A stretch of DNA of 64,000 bases from an uncultured Bacillota bacterium (GTDB taxonomy: Bacteria; Sysuimicrobiota; Sysuimicrobiia; Sysuimicrobiales; Segetimicrobiaceae), in assembly GCA_963804645.1 (NCBI GenBank), contig CAWDRG010000009.1, positions 480,001 to 544,000 of the forward strand. The letters are read 5' to 3'. Each line of letters begins with the position of its first letter. Position 1 is the stretch's first letter. The notes beneath the pieces were generated by a model. The model was not told the origin of the DNA. It searched no databases and saw only the letters and a program-made list of their open reading frames with translations. Positions 19,445-29,931 of the stretch are shown here, piece by piece. The position numbers were made by a program, and so were the translations under genes.

Positions 19445-19807
19445 GTATGGGGGGTCGTGTCGAATCCGCACCTGGATTGGCCGATGTCCCCGGCGGCGTT
19501 GACTTCCGCGTAAGAGATAGCCGTGCCCCGGGGGGGCAATTGTCCTGAAGGTACCCACCGGCGGTGCGCAAAGAAGCATCGTAGTAGCCGCCAGCGTCTC
19601 TGAAATCGCCGACGATGTCCCCGGCGGCGTTGATCCCGTTGGGTTCGGTCCACGTCGCTCCCGGGACATCGAGTGTGACAAACGTAAGTGAAACTGCCGA
19701 GGCTGAGGGCGTGATACCGAGCGCGCAACAGACGATCAGTATACCTACCAAAGCCCAAGGTCGCCGCCTTCTCCATCCCACTCTGGCCGTTTCATAACCT
19801 CGTTCAT
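19445..19807 (-). pseudogene. Degraded secreted HAF-like repeat protein
   Basis: FVTLDVPGATWTEPNGINAAGDIVGDFRDAGG matches repeats of 34449-35354; frameshifted and truncated. Confidence 0.7.
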
Positions 19808-19865
19808 GGCCAATCCCCTCCACTGTCCCGCTTTCGATCGCGCCAGAGGACGTGTCCTTGTCCTG

Positions 19866-19910
19866 ACAACAGTGGCGCGCAGCGGTTTCGGTATCGGTCG
19901 AAGGGCCCAT
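19866..19910 (-). promoter_or_regulatory. Operator motif copy A plus degenerate -10
   Basis: ATGGGCCCTTCGACCGAT-21 bp-TGTTGT. Confidence 0.6.
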
Positions 19911-19962
19911 CGGATCACCTGAGATCCGTAGTGGACGCCGTGGTCGGGTAGTCCTTCCCAGC

Positions 19963-20736
19963 TCACTGGATCTTCATCGCGGGAGGACCCCACGCGTAGT
20001 TCACGATGGGCACGCAGGACTTGCCCGCCACGCTGAGGCTCGCCGTTCCCGATTGCTGCCCCACGACCGCCGGCGAGACGATTGTGGGGGGAAGTGTGCC
20101 GCCGTTGGAAATGACGTTCTCGCCCCTGATGATCTCGCTACCTGATGTGGATATGTAGGTGACGTGGTCGCTGGCATCAAATCCGTCCCCGTAGACAGCA
20201 AACGAGTTCCCATCTGTCGTTACAAGCTCCATCCAAAGATGACAGCTTCCATCACGTGCTTCGATCGGAAATGGGAATGCCTTTGCGAAGGCTTTCACCG
20301 TCTCATCAGTGGAAATGAGGCCGATGCGAAAGGGCTCGCCCTTGGCGTATCTCAAAGCGACGAAATTGACCGTGTCGAGGCGTAACCCGCCAAGAGTCAA
20401 GTTACCTGCCCCATCAGTGATTATTTGGGAGCGAGAGTCCACCCCAGGTGCCGCTCCAAATGGCCAGAACGATATGTGGTAGGTCTTGCCATCCGGGAAT
20501 CCCGACGTGATGAGGTGATAGGAGACTCGTGTTGTACCCTCCGCCACATCCCGGCGGTCCTCCTGAAGGGCCAGTTGGACTCCCGCTGTGTTCGAGTCGG
20601 GTCCCCATCCGAGCAGTGCCTTAACCTGGGGGGAAGCCTGAGTGGAATTCTGAGCCTGACTTAGAGGTAACCACACGCTCATCATGATGAGGCTGAGCAG
20701 AAGTAGTGTTGAAGAGACGAATCGTGTCTGTCTCAT
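19963..20736 (-). CDS. Secreted hypothetical protein
   Basis: 257-aa ORF with signal peptide and non-repetitive composition. Confidence 0.7.
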   Translation of the reverse strand: MRQTRFVSSTLLLLSLIMMSVWLPLSQAQNSTQASPQVKALLGWGPDSNTAGVQLALQEDRRDVAEGTTRVSYHLITSGFPDGKTYHISFWPFGAAPGVDSRSQIITDGAGNLTLGGLRLDTVNFVALRYAKGEPFRIGLISTDETVKAFAKAFPFPIEARDGSCHLWMELVTTDGNSFAVYGDGFDASDHVTYISTSGSEIIRGENVISNGGTLPPTIVSPAVVGQQSGTASLSVAGKSCVPIVNYAWGPPAMKIQ

Positions 20737-20828
20737 CGGTCCGCCGCCTTCAGTTCCTCGGCGTCACAAAAGGCCCCGCCTGAGCCGGCTTCATGACGAA
20801 CGATGAGGCGAACGCCGTGATCGAGGCC

Positions 20829-21137
20829 TCAGGGGGAGAGGCGGAAGTTGCTGTACACGACCTGCAGCGTGGCCGGATACCTTGCCGCCCAGGTCTCCAC
20901 CGCATCGGCGATCTCGACCGCGCCGGACGTATCTGTGGGACCATGCAGGTATGCGTACAACGCGTCGCCCGCATCCTTGAGGTCGCCAACGATTTGACCG
21001 GAGGCGTTGATCGGCCATCCGCCGCGTGGCATCCCGTCCTGGGAATCGACCGCGTGTGAGACCGCGACACCCGGGATAGTAAGATACAGGGCGCAAGCGA
21101 CGGCCATCGCACTTACGAAAACTCGATTTAGCCGCAT
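20829..21137 (-). CDS. Small secreted protein with a single HAF-like repeat unit
   Basis: Signal peptide, then INASGQIVGDLKDAGD; GAGGAGGG RBS. Confidence 0.6.
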   Translation of the reverse strand: MRLNRVFVSAMAVACALYLTIPGVAVSHAVDSQDGMPRGGWPINASGQIVGDLKDAGDALYAYLHGPTDTSGAVEIADAVETWAARYPATLQVVYSNFRLSP

Positions 21138-21203
21138 CGTTCGTCCCTCCTCTGGCCGTTCTTGCCTCGACCCGTCCAACGTGTCCCGATCTCTTCGGTC
21201 CAA

Positions 21204-21248
21204 AGCGTAGCAGCCTCAGGCAGTCCCGACATCGGCCGAAGGGCCCAT
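21204..21248 (-). promoter_or_regulatory. Operator motif copy B plus -10
   Basis: ATGGGCCCTTCGGCCGAT-21 bp-TACGCT. Confidence 0.7.
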
Positions 21249-21579
21249 CGATCCACGCGGGACCTCGGGAAGCGGACGAATCGGCGAGTCTGCGTACCGG
21301 CCGACGGTTGAACCGGAATTCTGACCACGACCGAACACCTGACCGGTTAGTGAGATCCATGCCCTCTTCGCGCGAGAGGCCGGGATACTCCACTGGGCAT
21401 CTCGCGCCGGCGTAAGGATCGGCGGGAGCGCTGGAGCCCGCGGCCGGGGTGGCGGCTCCATCCCGGCAGTCTTGGACGGCACGCCCACTCCCGCCCCGGC
21501 ACGCGGCGATGCGGTATTGTATTGCGAGGACCTGCACCCGACATCGGGCAACGAATCCCACGTCGTTCCGTTCCGCCGT

Positions 21580-22145
21580 TCAGAAGTGGATCTCCATCGT
21601 CAGTTCGAGCACAGCGTCCCCGAGATGGATGTTCGGCATCGTGAGCGTCGCGGCGGCGGTGAGTGGAGGCTGAGGGATCGGGTCCAGATCGCCTCGTCGA
21701 CGTGCTTCATGAGGGCTGCCTGGTGTGCTTGGTTCGTCGCGTAGCCAATGGACCCGAACCAGAACCACGACCAAAAAGATTGGCCGGGATTATAAATGAG
21801 ACTCTTGGCCTGCTGCGCCGTGAGCGCAGTGGTCTGATCGCCCTGATCGCTGAGTAGCGCAATCTGACCGGGATCGACGTGAAGCGTTCCGGCCGCATGG
21901 TTCTGGAGCGTCAGTTCCATTTCGAACAGCACCTGGGGGGCCAGCGGGGAAAGAGACGCGGTCACGGAACCCGACTGCCCCGAACACGCCGACGACGGCG
22001 GGTTCACAGGTTGCGCCGCGACGGGCGCTTGGAAGAGAAGGAGGACGGCCGCCGCGGCGATCCACGCGCGGTACCCGATGCGCCTCTGCGGTCCACACGA
22101 CGCCTTCCGGACTTCTGGTTCGGCGAACGGCACATCCGGTCTCAT
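21580..22145 (-). CDS. Secreted hypothetical protein, possible C-terminal frameshift
   Basis: Signal-like AWIAAAAVLLLFQAPVAA; GGAGGG RBS; protein-like C-terminus continues in another frame to 21580. Confidence 0.5.
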
Positions 22146-22205
22146 GGCTTGCCCTCCCCATCGGCGGCGAAGACGTCGAGCTCGCCGCATCCGGCGTTCG
22201 CGCAG

Positions 22206-22250
22206 AATCTACGCTCGCCCGCGGGCATCCGCATCGGGCGAAGGGCCTAG
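22206..22250 (-). promoter_or_regulatory. Operator motif copy C plus -10
   Basis: CTAGGCCCTTCGCCCGAT-21 bp-TAGATT. Confidence 0.65.
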
Positions 22251-22338
22251 CGAAACCGGCCGCTCCGGGCCGGCGGCGCCCGGGACGAGATGAAACGAAG
22301 TGCAAGACCGCGGAATGTCCCGCGCAAGGTGTGATCGG

Positions 22339-22383
22339 CTGGGCCCTTCGACCGATGCCGCAAGGTCGCACCGCCACTATCGT
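22339..22383 (+). promoter_or_regulatory. Operator motif copy D plus -10 (lipid operon promoter)
   Basis: CTGGGCCCTTCGACCGAT-21 bp-TATCGT. Confidence 0.7.
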
Positions 22384-22442
22384 CAGGACGGAGACGTTGT
22401 CTCGAACGACAATCGGACGCGAGAGATTGGAAGGGATGGACC

Positions 22443-23123
22443 GTGGACCGCTACGGAGCTACGCGATGGCTCTTCAGGGGGATCCTCCGGCTGGGTTTTG
22501 GGCTGCGGGTTACGGGCGACGAGCACGTCCCCACCCACGGTGCCGTGATTCTTGCCGCGAACCATGGCAGCCAGATCGACCCGATCGTCCTCGCGACAGC
22601 CATGCCGCGGCGCTGCACCTTCCTGGCCGCGGCCGAGTTGCTCACGATGCCCCTGCTGGGGACGCTCGTCCGCCCGTTCAATCTCGTCCCGATCAAACGC
22701 GGTGGGTTTGACCGCCGCGCCCTCAAGCACTGCCTGGACCGCCTCGGACGTGGAGAGGCGCTGGCGATCTTTCCAGAAGGGAAGATCAGCACCGACGGAC
22801 GGCTCCAACCCGCCCGCGACGGCCTCGGATTCATTGCCTACCACGCCCGTGTCCCGATCGTACCGGTGGGGATCACGGGGACCTACGAGGTGTGGCCGCT
22901 GGGAACACGAAGGCCTCGTCGGCGGAGGATCACCGTCCAGATCGGTGAAGCGATCGAACCCGAGGGGACACCGACCAGAGAGCACGAATCGGTCCTGACC
23001 GCACGCGTGATGGCCGCGATCGGCCGGCTCTCGGGCACGGCCGCAGGATCGTCCGTACCATTCTCGACCGGGGCATGCCCGGATGCACGCGAACGGATAT
23101 GCCTGCCGAGCGCGGCGGACTAA
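22443..23123 (+). CDS. 1-acyl-sn-glycerol-3-phosphate acyltransferase (PlsC family)
   Basis: NHGSQID, FPEG, PIVPVGI. Confidence 0.9.
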   Translation: MDRYGATRWLFRGILRLGFGLRVTGDEHVPTHGAVILAANHGSQIDPIVLATAMPRRCTFLAAAELLTMPLLGTLVRPFNLVPIKRGGFDRRALKHCLDRLGRGEALAIFPEGKISTDGRLQPARDGLGFIAYHARVPIVPVGITGTYEVWPLGTRRPRRRRITVQIGEAIEPEGTPTREHESVLTARVMAAIGRLSGTAAGSSVPFSTGACPDARERICLPSAAD

Positions 23124-23133
23124 CGCGGGGGTG

Positions 23134-24819
23134 ATGTCTGTGGAGCGGACCTGGTTGCGGCACTACGATCCCGGAACCCCTGCCACCCTGTCCTACCCTG
23201 AGGTGCCGCTCTTCGGGCTCCTCGAGGAGAGCGCCCGCCGATTTCCGGACCGTCCGGCGGTGATTCTGGCCGGACCGAGCGGCCCGTCTACCCTGACCTA
23301 CTGCCAGGTCGACGCCCTGGCCAACCGGTTCGCGAACGCCTTGATCGCGCTCGGCATCGGACCCGGCGACCGCATCGCGCTCCAACTCCCCAACGTTCCA
23401 CGGTTCGTCATCTGCTTCTATGGCGCGCTGAAGGCCGGAGCGGCGGTGGTCCCCATCAATCCGCTCTACACGGCCGGTGACCTATCGACCATTCTCAAGA
23501 ACGCCGACCCGAAAGCGATCGTGACGCTGCCGCGGCTTGCGCCGCACGTCGACGAAGTGCTCGCGCAGGACGGCCGGACCACCGTGATCGTCACCGAGCC
23601 GTACGACGACTGCGGCAAGGCGTCGTGGCGTCCGCTCTCCACGCTGCTCGAGCACGCCGCGTCCCACCCATCCAAGGTGACGGTCGACCCGGCGCAGCTC
23701 GCCATCCTACAGTACACGGGTGGCACGACTGGCGTCCCCAAGGGCGCCATGCTCACCCACCGGAATCTCGTGGCGAACTGCACGCAGATGCGCTACTGGC
23801 TGAACGATCTCCGGGAGGGCGATGAACGGTTCCTGGCGGTCGTGCCGTTCTTCCACGCCTACGGCCTTACCGTCGCGCTCAACACGCCCATCGCCGCCGG
23901 CGGAAGCGTGATCTGTCTCCCCATGGCCGAGTTTGACGCGCGACTGGTGGCGGAAGTGATCGCCCAGTACCGCCCGACCGTCTTTCCCGGCGCCCCCGCC
24001 GTGTACGACGCCATCAACCGGGTGAAGGATGTCCGGCGGTACAATCTCTCATCCATCAAGGTCTGCGTGAGCGGCTCCGAGAGCCTGCCGCGGGAAGTCC
24101 AAGCCGAGTTTGAGCGGCTCACCGGCGCCACCGTCGTCGAAGGGTACGGATTGACCGAGGCTTCGCCGGGAACTCACACCAACCCCGTCCACGGCCTGCG
24201 GAAGGTGGGCAGCATCGGCCTGCCGCTTCCCGATACCGACGCCATCATCGTGGATCAGGAGACAGGAGCGCACGAGGTTCCTTCAGGCGAGCCCGGGGAG
24301 CTGGTGATCCGCGGTCCGCAGGTGATGCAGGGCTATTGGCACGCCCCTGAAGAGACGGCGGCCGTGCTCCGAGACGGCTGGCTGCACACCGGAGACGTCG
24401 CCCGGGTGGACGAGGACGGCTTCTTCTATATCGTCGATCGCATGAAAGATCTCGTGATCGTCGGTGGACGGAAAGTCTACCCAAGCGAGATCGAGGCGTG
24501 CCTGCGCGAACATCAGACGATCGAGGCCGCCGCGGTGGTCGGCGTTCCGCGCCGCGTCGGCAAAGAACTGCTCGTGGCCCAGGTCGTGCTCAAAGACGGC
24601 GTGGACGCCGAACCGGAGCAGCTCAGCCGGGAATTGCTGAAGTTCCTTCGCGCGCGGCTGGCGTCATATAAGGTGCCCCGACGCCTGCACATCGTCGATG
24701 CGCTGCCCAGGTCCCCCGTGGGTAAGATCCTCCGGCGCGACGTTCGCGACGCGGAGACTGCCATACTCCAACGTGACATTCGCGACGCGCGGGCCGCCAG
24801 AACCGACCCGGATGGCTAG
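23134..24819 (+). CDS. Long-chain fatty acid--CoA ligase
   Basis: YTGGTTGVPKG, EGYGLTEASP, GWLHTGD, PRSPVGK. Confidence 0.93.
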   Translation: MSVERTWLRHYDPGTPATLSYPEVPLFGLLEESARRFPDRPAVILAGPSGPSTLTYCQVDALANRFANALIALGIGPGDRIALQLPNVPRFVICFYGALKAGAAVVPINPLYTAGDLSTILKNADPKAIVTLPRLAPHVDEVLAQDGRTTVIVTEPYDDCGKASWRPLSTLLEHAASHPSKVTVDPAQLAILQYTGGTTGVPKGAMLTHRNLVANCTQMRYWLNDLREGDERFLAVVPFFHAYGLTVALNTPIAAGGSVICLPMAEFDARLVAEVIAQYRPTVFPGAPAVYDAINRVKDVRRYNLSSIKVCVSGSESLPREVQAEFERLTGATVVEGYGLTEASPGTHTNPVHGLRKVGSIGLPLPDTDAIIVDQETGAHEVPSGEPGELVIRGPQVMQGYWHAPEETAAVLRDGWLHTGDVARVDEDGFFYIVDRMKDLVIVGGRKVYPSEIEACLREHQTIEAAAVVGVPRRVGKELLVAQVVLKDGVDAEPEQLSRELLKFLRARLASYKVPRRLHIVDALPRSPVGKILRRDVRDAETAILQRDIRDARAARTDPDG

Positions 24820-24820
24820 A

Positions 24821-26068
24821 ATGAGTGACCAGCCGACCCGGCCGCTCGCTCTCTCAGAGCTCGTGTGGCTCGGGGTCTTCTGGTTTGCGGTCAGCTTCAA
24901 CTGGGGCGCGCTCCTCACCGTGGTCGTCCCTGCGGAAGTGCTCCGGTTCGTCCCCGAGTCGCAAAAAGGGCTGTATCTCGGGCTCCTTTTCGCGGGCGGC
25001 GCGGTGATGGCGATGGTGGTGTCACCCGTCGTCGGGGCGCTGAGCGACCGCTCGACCCTTCCAATGGGCCGACGGCGGCCATTCGTCGTGGCCGGCGTGC
25101 TCCTCGCCGTACCCGGGCTGCTCGGCATGCGGTACGCACCGACCTACGCCACGTTTGCGGCGGCTCTACTCTGGGTTCAATTGGCGGTCAATATCGCGGC
25201 CAGCGCCTTCAACGGTCTGATTCCCGATAAGATTCCTCCCGCTCAGCGGGGGGCCATGTCCGGGGTCATGGGAGTCATGATGATGGGAGGAACGATTGCC
25301 GCCGCCCTGCTGTCAGGCCGCCTCGTTGGGCTCGGGATGACCGGCGCCGTGTACTGGGTCATCGCCGGAGTCCTCCTCGCCGCGACGGCGCTCGTCGTCT
25401 GGAAGGTCCCCGAGACACCGCTGCGGGAGCGCCCGCCGTTCGTGCTACCGGCGTTCGTGCGGGCGTTCTGGATCGACCCGCGCCGCTATCCCGATTTCGC
25501 CTGGCTGTTCGTCACGCGGGGACTGGTCATGCTGGGGTTCTACACGATCATGACCTTCCTCCAGTTTTTCATCCGAGACACCTTGCACCTGACCATTCCC
25601 GCGGCGGCGCAGGCCACCGGGACGCTCAGCGCCGTCGTGATCGCGGCCGGTGCGCTCGTCGCGGTGGTGGCGGGATCGGCCTCGGATCGGCTCGGACGGA
25701 AGGGGATCGTGTCTACCGCGGGGATGTTCCTGGCGTTCACCTGCGTCGGCCTGCTCTTTCAGCCCCCCTTCCCCGTCCTTCTCTGGATCGGCGTGCTCTT
25801 CGGCATCGGTTACGGGGCATATACGAGCGTGGACTGGGCGCTGGCGATCGACGTACTCCCGTCGAGGGACTCGGCGGCCAAGGACCTGGGGATCTGGGCG
25901 ATCTCGAACACGCTGCCACAAGTGCTGGCCCCTGCCATGGCCGGGCCGCTCCTCGACATCTTCAACCGGATGAGGCCAAATCTCGGGTACACGGTCGTGT
26001 TCTCGCTGGCCATCGTCGACGTGACGCTCGGCTCCGCGTTCGTCTGGAAGATCAAAGGAACCCGATAG
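24821..26068 (+). CDS. MFS transporter
   Basis: GALSDR..GRRRPF and SDRLGRK loops; about 12 hydrophobic segments. Confidence 0.9.
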   Translation: MSDQPTRPLALSELVWLGVFWFAVSFNWGALLTVVVPAEVLRFVPESQKGLYLGLLFAGGAVMAMVVSPVVGALSDRSTLPMGRRRPFVVAGVLLAVPGLLGMRYAPTYATFAAALLWVQLAVNIAASAFNGLIPDKIPPAQRGAMSGVMGVMMMGGTIAAALLSGRLVGLGMTGAVYWVIAGVLLAATALVVWKVPETPLRERPPFVLPAFVRAFWIDPRRYPDFAWLFVTRGLVMLGFYTIMTFLQFFIRDTLHLTIPAAAQATGTLSAVVIAAGALVAVVAGSASDRLGRKGIVSTAGMFLAFTCVGLLFQPPFPVLLWIGVLFGIGYGAYTSVDWALAIDVLPSRDSAAKDLGIWAISNTLPQVLAPAMAGPLLDIFNRMRPNLGYTVVFSLAIVDVTLGSAFVWKIKGTR

Positions 26069-26076
26069 GATCGCCC

Positions 26077-26889
26077 ATGCGATCTCTTCACGCGAACCGT
26101 TTTCGAGGCCGTCCAGGAATCGGAATCCCGGACCGGCGGCTCCGGGCGGTCGCCTTCCAGAGTGCCGGCAAAATCAGGCTGGCTGGTTGGCACGGCGAGG
26201 CGTCCAGGATGCCCGCGACGATCATCCTTTGCCACGGCCTGCCGGGGGACAAGCGCGACATGGGGGGCCTCGCCCGCGCACTCATGGACGCGGGCTTCGG
26301 CGTGCTGGCGTTCGACTTCCGCAGCTGGGGCGAGAGCGGCCGAGGTCCGGTCACGTTCGGCCGTCGGGAGACGCAGGATGTGCTGGGCGCCGTCAGGTTC
26401 GTGCAGCACCGGCGGGCCGAACCGATACCGCACATCGGCGTCGTTGGGCTCTCGATGGGAGCCGCGGCGGCCATCATGGCGGCCGCCGAGACCCCGGCGA
26501 TCGAAGCCGTGGTCGCCGACAGCAGCTATGCCAGGCTCGATCAGGCCGTCGACCGCGTCGTCGGGCGGTTCTGGGGGCCGCTTGCCGCGCTCACGCCGGC
26601 CTCCGCCTGGCGCCTCGGCGAGCGCCTCATCGGGGCGCCGCTCGCGACCGTCTCCCCCGTAGCAGCGATTGCCGGCATCAGCCCCCGCCCGGTCCTCATC
26701 ATTCACGGGGTGAAGGATCGGTTGATCGATGTCCGGGACGCCCACGCCCTTTACCGGGCGTGCGGCGATCCCAAAACCCTCTGGATCATCGAGGAGGCCG
26801 GGCACGCGAGGACGCGCCGAGTTGGGGTCGAGGAGTATGACCGGCGCATTATCAGGTTCTTCCGCCAGCACCTCACCGGGACGCGGTGA
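26077..26889 (+). CDS. Alpha/beta hydrolase
   Basis: HG..G, FDFRSWGES, GLSMG nucleophile, IIHGVKD, AGH. Confidence 0.9.
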   Translation: MRSLHANRFRGRPGIGIPDRRLRAVAFQSAGKIRLAGWHGEASRMPATIILCHGLPGDKRDMGGLARALMDAGFGVLAFDFRSWGESGRGPVTFGRRETQDVLGAVRFVQHRRAEPIPHIGVVGLSMGAAAAIMAAAETPAIEAVVADSSYARLDQAVDRVVGRFWGPLAALTPASAWRLGERLIGAPLATVSPVAAIAGISPRPVLIIHGVKDRLIDVRDAHALYRACGDPKTLWIIEEAGHARTRRVGVEEYDRRIIRFFRQHLTGTR

Positions 26890-26903
26890 AGGAGGGGTAC
26901 GCC

Positions 26904-28157
26904 ATGCGGCGCCCGAGGTCAATCACGGAGTTTCGGCCGGCCAAGCCCAATCGGGCCTTCATCAACCTCATGCGGCTGGTCAACAGGTTCTACGTGATGC
27001 CTCGGGCGCGCCTCGGCTGTCAGATCCGAGAGATCGAAAAGCTGAGGAACCTGCCCCCCGGGGTGATGATCATCCCGAACCACTCGGACTACGCGGACGC
27101 GCTGGTGGTGACGGAGCTCACGCGGCGGGCCCGCCGGTTCGTGACGTTCATGGCGACCCGCGAGACCTTCGACGTGCACCGCGGTCTGGACGGCTTGGTC
27201 CTGCAGTGGATGGGCGGATTCTCCGTCAACCGGGGCGGGGGAAACGCGAAGTGCCAGCAGTTTGCGAAGGAGATCGTCAAACGGAGAGAGTACGACCTGC
27301 TGATCTTTCCCGAGGGCGAGGTGTATCTCCTCAACGATCTCGTGATGCAATTCAAGCCGGGCGTCGCGATGCTGGCGCTGGAGGTAGCCAGCGAGAACCG
27401 CAAGGAGGGACGGCGCGAGCGTCTCGTCCGCATCGTCCCGGTGGCGATCAAGTACCATTATCTGGAAGACGTCACGCCCGCGTTGGACGAGGTCACGGCC
27501 GGGCTCGAGGTGACGCTCTTCGGCGAGCGCCGGTCGGGCCCGCTGTACGGCCGCATGTATGCGCTCGGGGTCGAACTGCTCAACGTGCGGGAGCAGGAAT
27601 GGGGCATCCATTCGGATCCCACATGGGATGTCTACGATCGCACCCGTCACGTCCAGAAGTTTCTGCTCGACAGCCTCGAGCGCCGGTATCTCGAGCGGGT
27701 GCGGGACGAGCTGCCGTTTGACCGGGCGCGCCGGCTGATCCTTCACCTACTCGAGGCGCTGGACACCCTGCGCGCGCGGCAGAATCTTCCCGAGGCCGAG
27801 CGCACGGCGCTCACCGCGGAGCTTCGGCGGGACCTGCGGCGGGCGCAGGCGGCGGCTCGATCCGTCTCGTTCGCCGACGATTACCTGATCAGCCGTCCAA
27901 CCGCTGAGCGCATGGCCGAGACGGTGACCAAACTCGCACGCGAGATCTACGGCCGCGAGGCGTTTCTGCCGAAGGTGAAGCGCACGGCAATGATCAGCGT
28001 CGGGGACCCCATTGATGTCCGCCCGTACCTGGCCGGGTACGACGACCGCGCGACCCGAAAGGAAACCATCCTGCGCCTCACCGGCGACCTCCAGGCGAGC
28101 ATCCAGACGATGATCGACGCGGCCAACTCGGAAATCGACGCGGAAGCGCGGGCGTGA
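26904..28157 (+). CDS. Glycerolipid acyltransferase (LPLAT) with C-terminal extension
   Basis: NHSDYAD, FSVNRG, IFPEGE motifs. Confidence 0.85.
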   Translation: MRRPRSITEFRPAKPNRAFINLMRLVNRFYVMPRARLGCQIREIEKLRNLPPGVMIIPNHSDYADALVVTELTRRARRFVTFMATRETFDVHRGLDGLVLQWMGGFSVNRGGGNAKCQQFAKEIVKRREYDLLIFPEGEVYLLNDLVMQFKPGVAMLALEVASENRKEGRRERLVRIVPVAIKYHYLEDVTPALDEVTAGLEVTLFGERRSGPLYGRMYALGVELLNVREQEWGIHSDPTWDVYDRTRHVQKFLLDSLERRYLERVRDELPFDRARRLILHLLEALDTLRARQNLPEAERTALTAELRRDLRRAQAAARSVSFADDYLISRPTAERMAETVTKLAREIYGREAFLPKVKRTAMISVGDPIDVRPYLAGYDDRATRKETILRLTGDLQASIQTMIDAANSEIDAEARA

Positions 28158-28996
28158 ACCTGGCCGAGGCGCGGTCCGTCCGATGGGCGACGCGCTTCCT
28201 CGGGCGCCTGGCGGAGCATCAGGTCGCCGAGCAGGCGACGATCATCGCGTTCAACATTATCTACGCGCTGTTTCCCCTGGCACTGTCTCTCACGGCGATC
28301 GGGGGATACGTCTACCGCGGCGGCGCCGCGCGGGCGCAGCTGCTGCACGCGGTGCGCGCCGCGTTCCCCGCACAGGTCGCGAAAGAGATGACCGACGTGA
28401 TCAACACCGCCGGCAGCCACTCCGGGCTCCTCGGCGTCATCGGGTTTCTCACACTCTTCTGGGCGGGGTCGAACCTCTTCGCCGCGATTGAGACGAGTTT
28501 TGCCCGAATCTTCAGCGCCCCGGCCCGCGGGATCGTCCACCAGCGCCTTGTCGCCTTCCTCGTGATCCTCGCGTTCTCCGCACTCCTCATACTGTCCATC
28601 GCGGCCGCAAACCTCGCAGTGTTCCTGGGAGGCCGCGGTGGGCCGGGGGCCGCGCTCGCGTGGACCGGCCGGCAGTCGCTGGGACTCTTGGGCGGCTGGG
28701 GGGTCGCGTCGCTCATGGTTCTCGTGCTTTACGCGGTGGTGCCGAACGTCCGGTTGCCCTTCCGCGCGCTGTGGCCCGGCGCCGTCCTCGCCGGAACGGC
28801 CCTCCAGATCGTCGCCCTGGTGTTTCCCTTGTATATCCGGTATCTTGCCGGGATCAACCGGTTTGGCGACGCCTTCAGCCTGACCTTTCTGCTGATGACG
28901 TGGTCCTACCTGGTCGCGTTCATCCTGCTGGCCGGGGCGGAGATCAACGCGCTCCGCCGCGTGTCCGTGAGCGGACCGTCCAGATCCAGCCAGTGA
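28154..28996 (+). CDS. YihY/virulence factor BrkB family membrane protein
   Basis: ALFPL, LYAVVPNVR...WPGA, ILLAGAEINA motifs. Confidence 0.88.
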   Translation: MNLAEARSVRWATRFLGRLAEHQVAEQATIIAFNIIYALFPLALSLTAIGGYVYRGGAARAQLLHAVRAAFPAQVAKEMTDVINTAGSHSGLLGVIGFLTLFWAGSNLFAAIETSFARIFSAPARGIVHQRLVAFLVILAFSALLILSIAAANLAVFLGGRGGPGAALAWTGRQSLGLLGGWGVASLMVLVLYAVVPNVRLPFRALWPGAVLAGTALQIVALVFPLYIRYLAGINRFGDAFSLTFLLMTWSYLVAFILLAGAEINALRRVSVSGPSRSSQ

Positions 28997-29250
28997 GCGC
29001 GGCTCCCATCATGACGGACCCGAACGCGAGTCGGGTCGCGAACGTCCCGCCGATCCGGCGGACGAAGAGAGCGGCCAGGGAGACGACCAGAGGTCAAACC
29101 ACCGCGGGAGCCAGCCCCGCGTACTGCTCCGGGGCGCGCGCTCACCCACGCAAGCACGCCGCGCGAGGATAACGCCCGGCGAATTCCGGTGCTGAGACGA
29201 GAAATGGGTGTTCCTTTACAGAAAGGTGCGATTGCCGTCGGCGACCGCGA

Positions 29251-29931
29251 TCAACGCGCCTCGTTGCGCCGGCCGAGACCCGAGCGGGACGCCAGCACCG
29301 CTGCCTCGGTCCGATGGTTCACTTGCAGCTTGGAGAGGATACTGCTGATGTGGTGCTTGACGGTCTTCTCCGCGATCGAGAGGCGATCGGCCATGTCCTG
29401 ATTGCGAAGCCCCTCGGCTAGTAGGGCGAGGACCTCGTGCTCCCGGGGCGTCAATTCCGAGAAGCGCTGCGCTTGGCGGTGGTCCGGCTCCGCGAGACGG
29501 CTGAACTCTCGAATGACCCGGCTCACCAATCCGGGGTGCAGGATCCCTTCGCCGTCGCGCACGGACCGGATGGCGCGCAGGATCTCCTCCGGGCTCGCGT
29601 CCTTCAGCAGGTAGCCGCGGGCGCCCGCCTGCAGCGCACGAAAGACACGGTCGTCATCGGAATAGATCGTCAGGATGATCACCTTGATGGCAGGTGCCCG
29701 CTCGGCGAGCGTGTGGGTCGCCGCGATGCCATCCAGCCGCGGCATCCCGATGTCCATCAGGACCACGTCGGCCTGACGCTCGACGGCAAGCCCCACCGCT
29801 TCCTGGCCGTCGCCGGCCTCACCCACGATCTCGACGTCCTCGGCCATCGCCAGCAGGTTCGTCAGGGCGTGGCGCAGGACACTCTCGTCATCGGCGACGA
29901 GCAGCCGGATCTTCTGGGCGGCCTGGCTCAC
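29251..29931 (-). CDS. NarL/LuxR family response regulator
   Basis: LLVADD, DVVLMDIGMP, GYLLKD, LTPREHEVL...EKTVKHHISSILSKL. Confidence 0.95.
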   Translation of the reverse strand: MSQAAQKIRLLVADDESVLRHALTNLLAMAEDVEIVGEAGDGQEAVGLAVERQADVVLMDIGMPRLDGIAATHTLAERAPAIKVIILTIYSDDDRVFRALQAGARGYLLKDASPEEILRAIRSVRDGEGILHPGLVSRVIREFSRLAEPDHRQAQRFSELTPREHEVLALLAEGLRNQDMADRLSIAEKTVKHHISSILSKLQVNHRTEAAVLASRSGLGRRNEAR

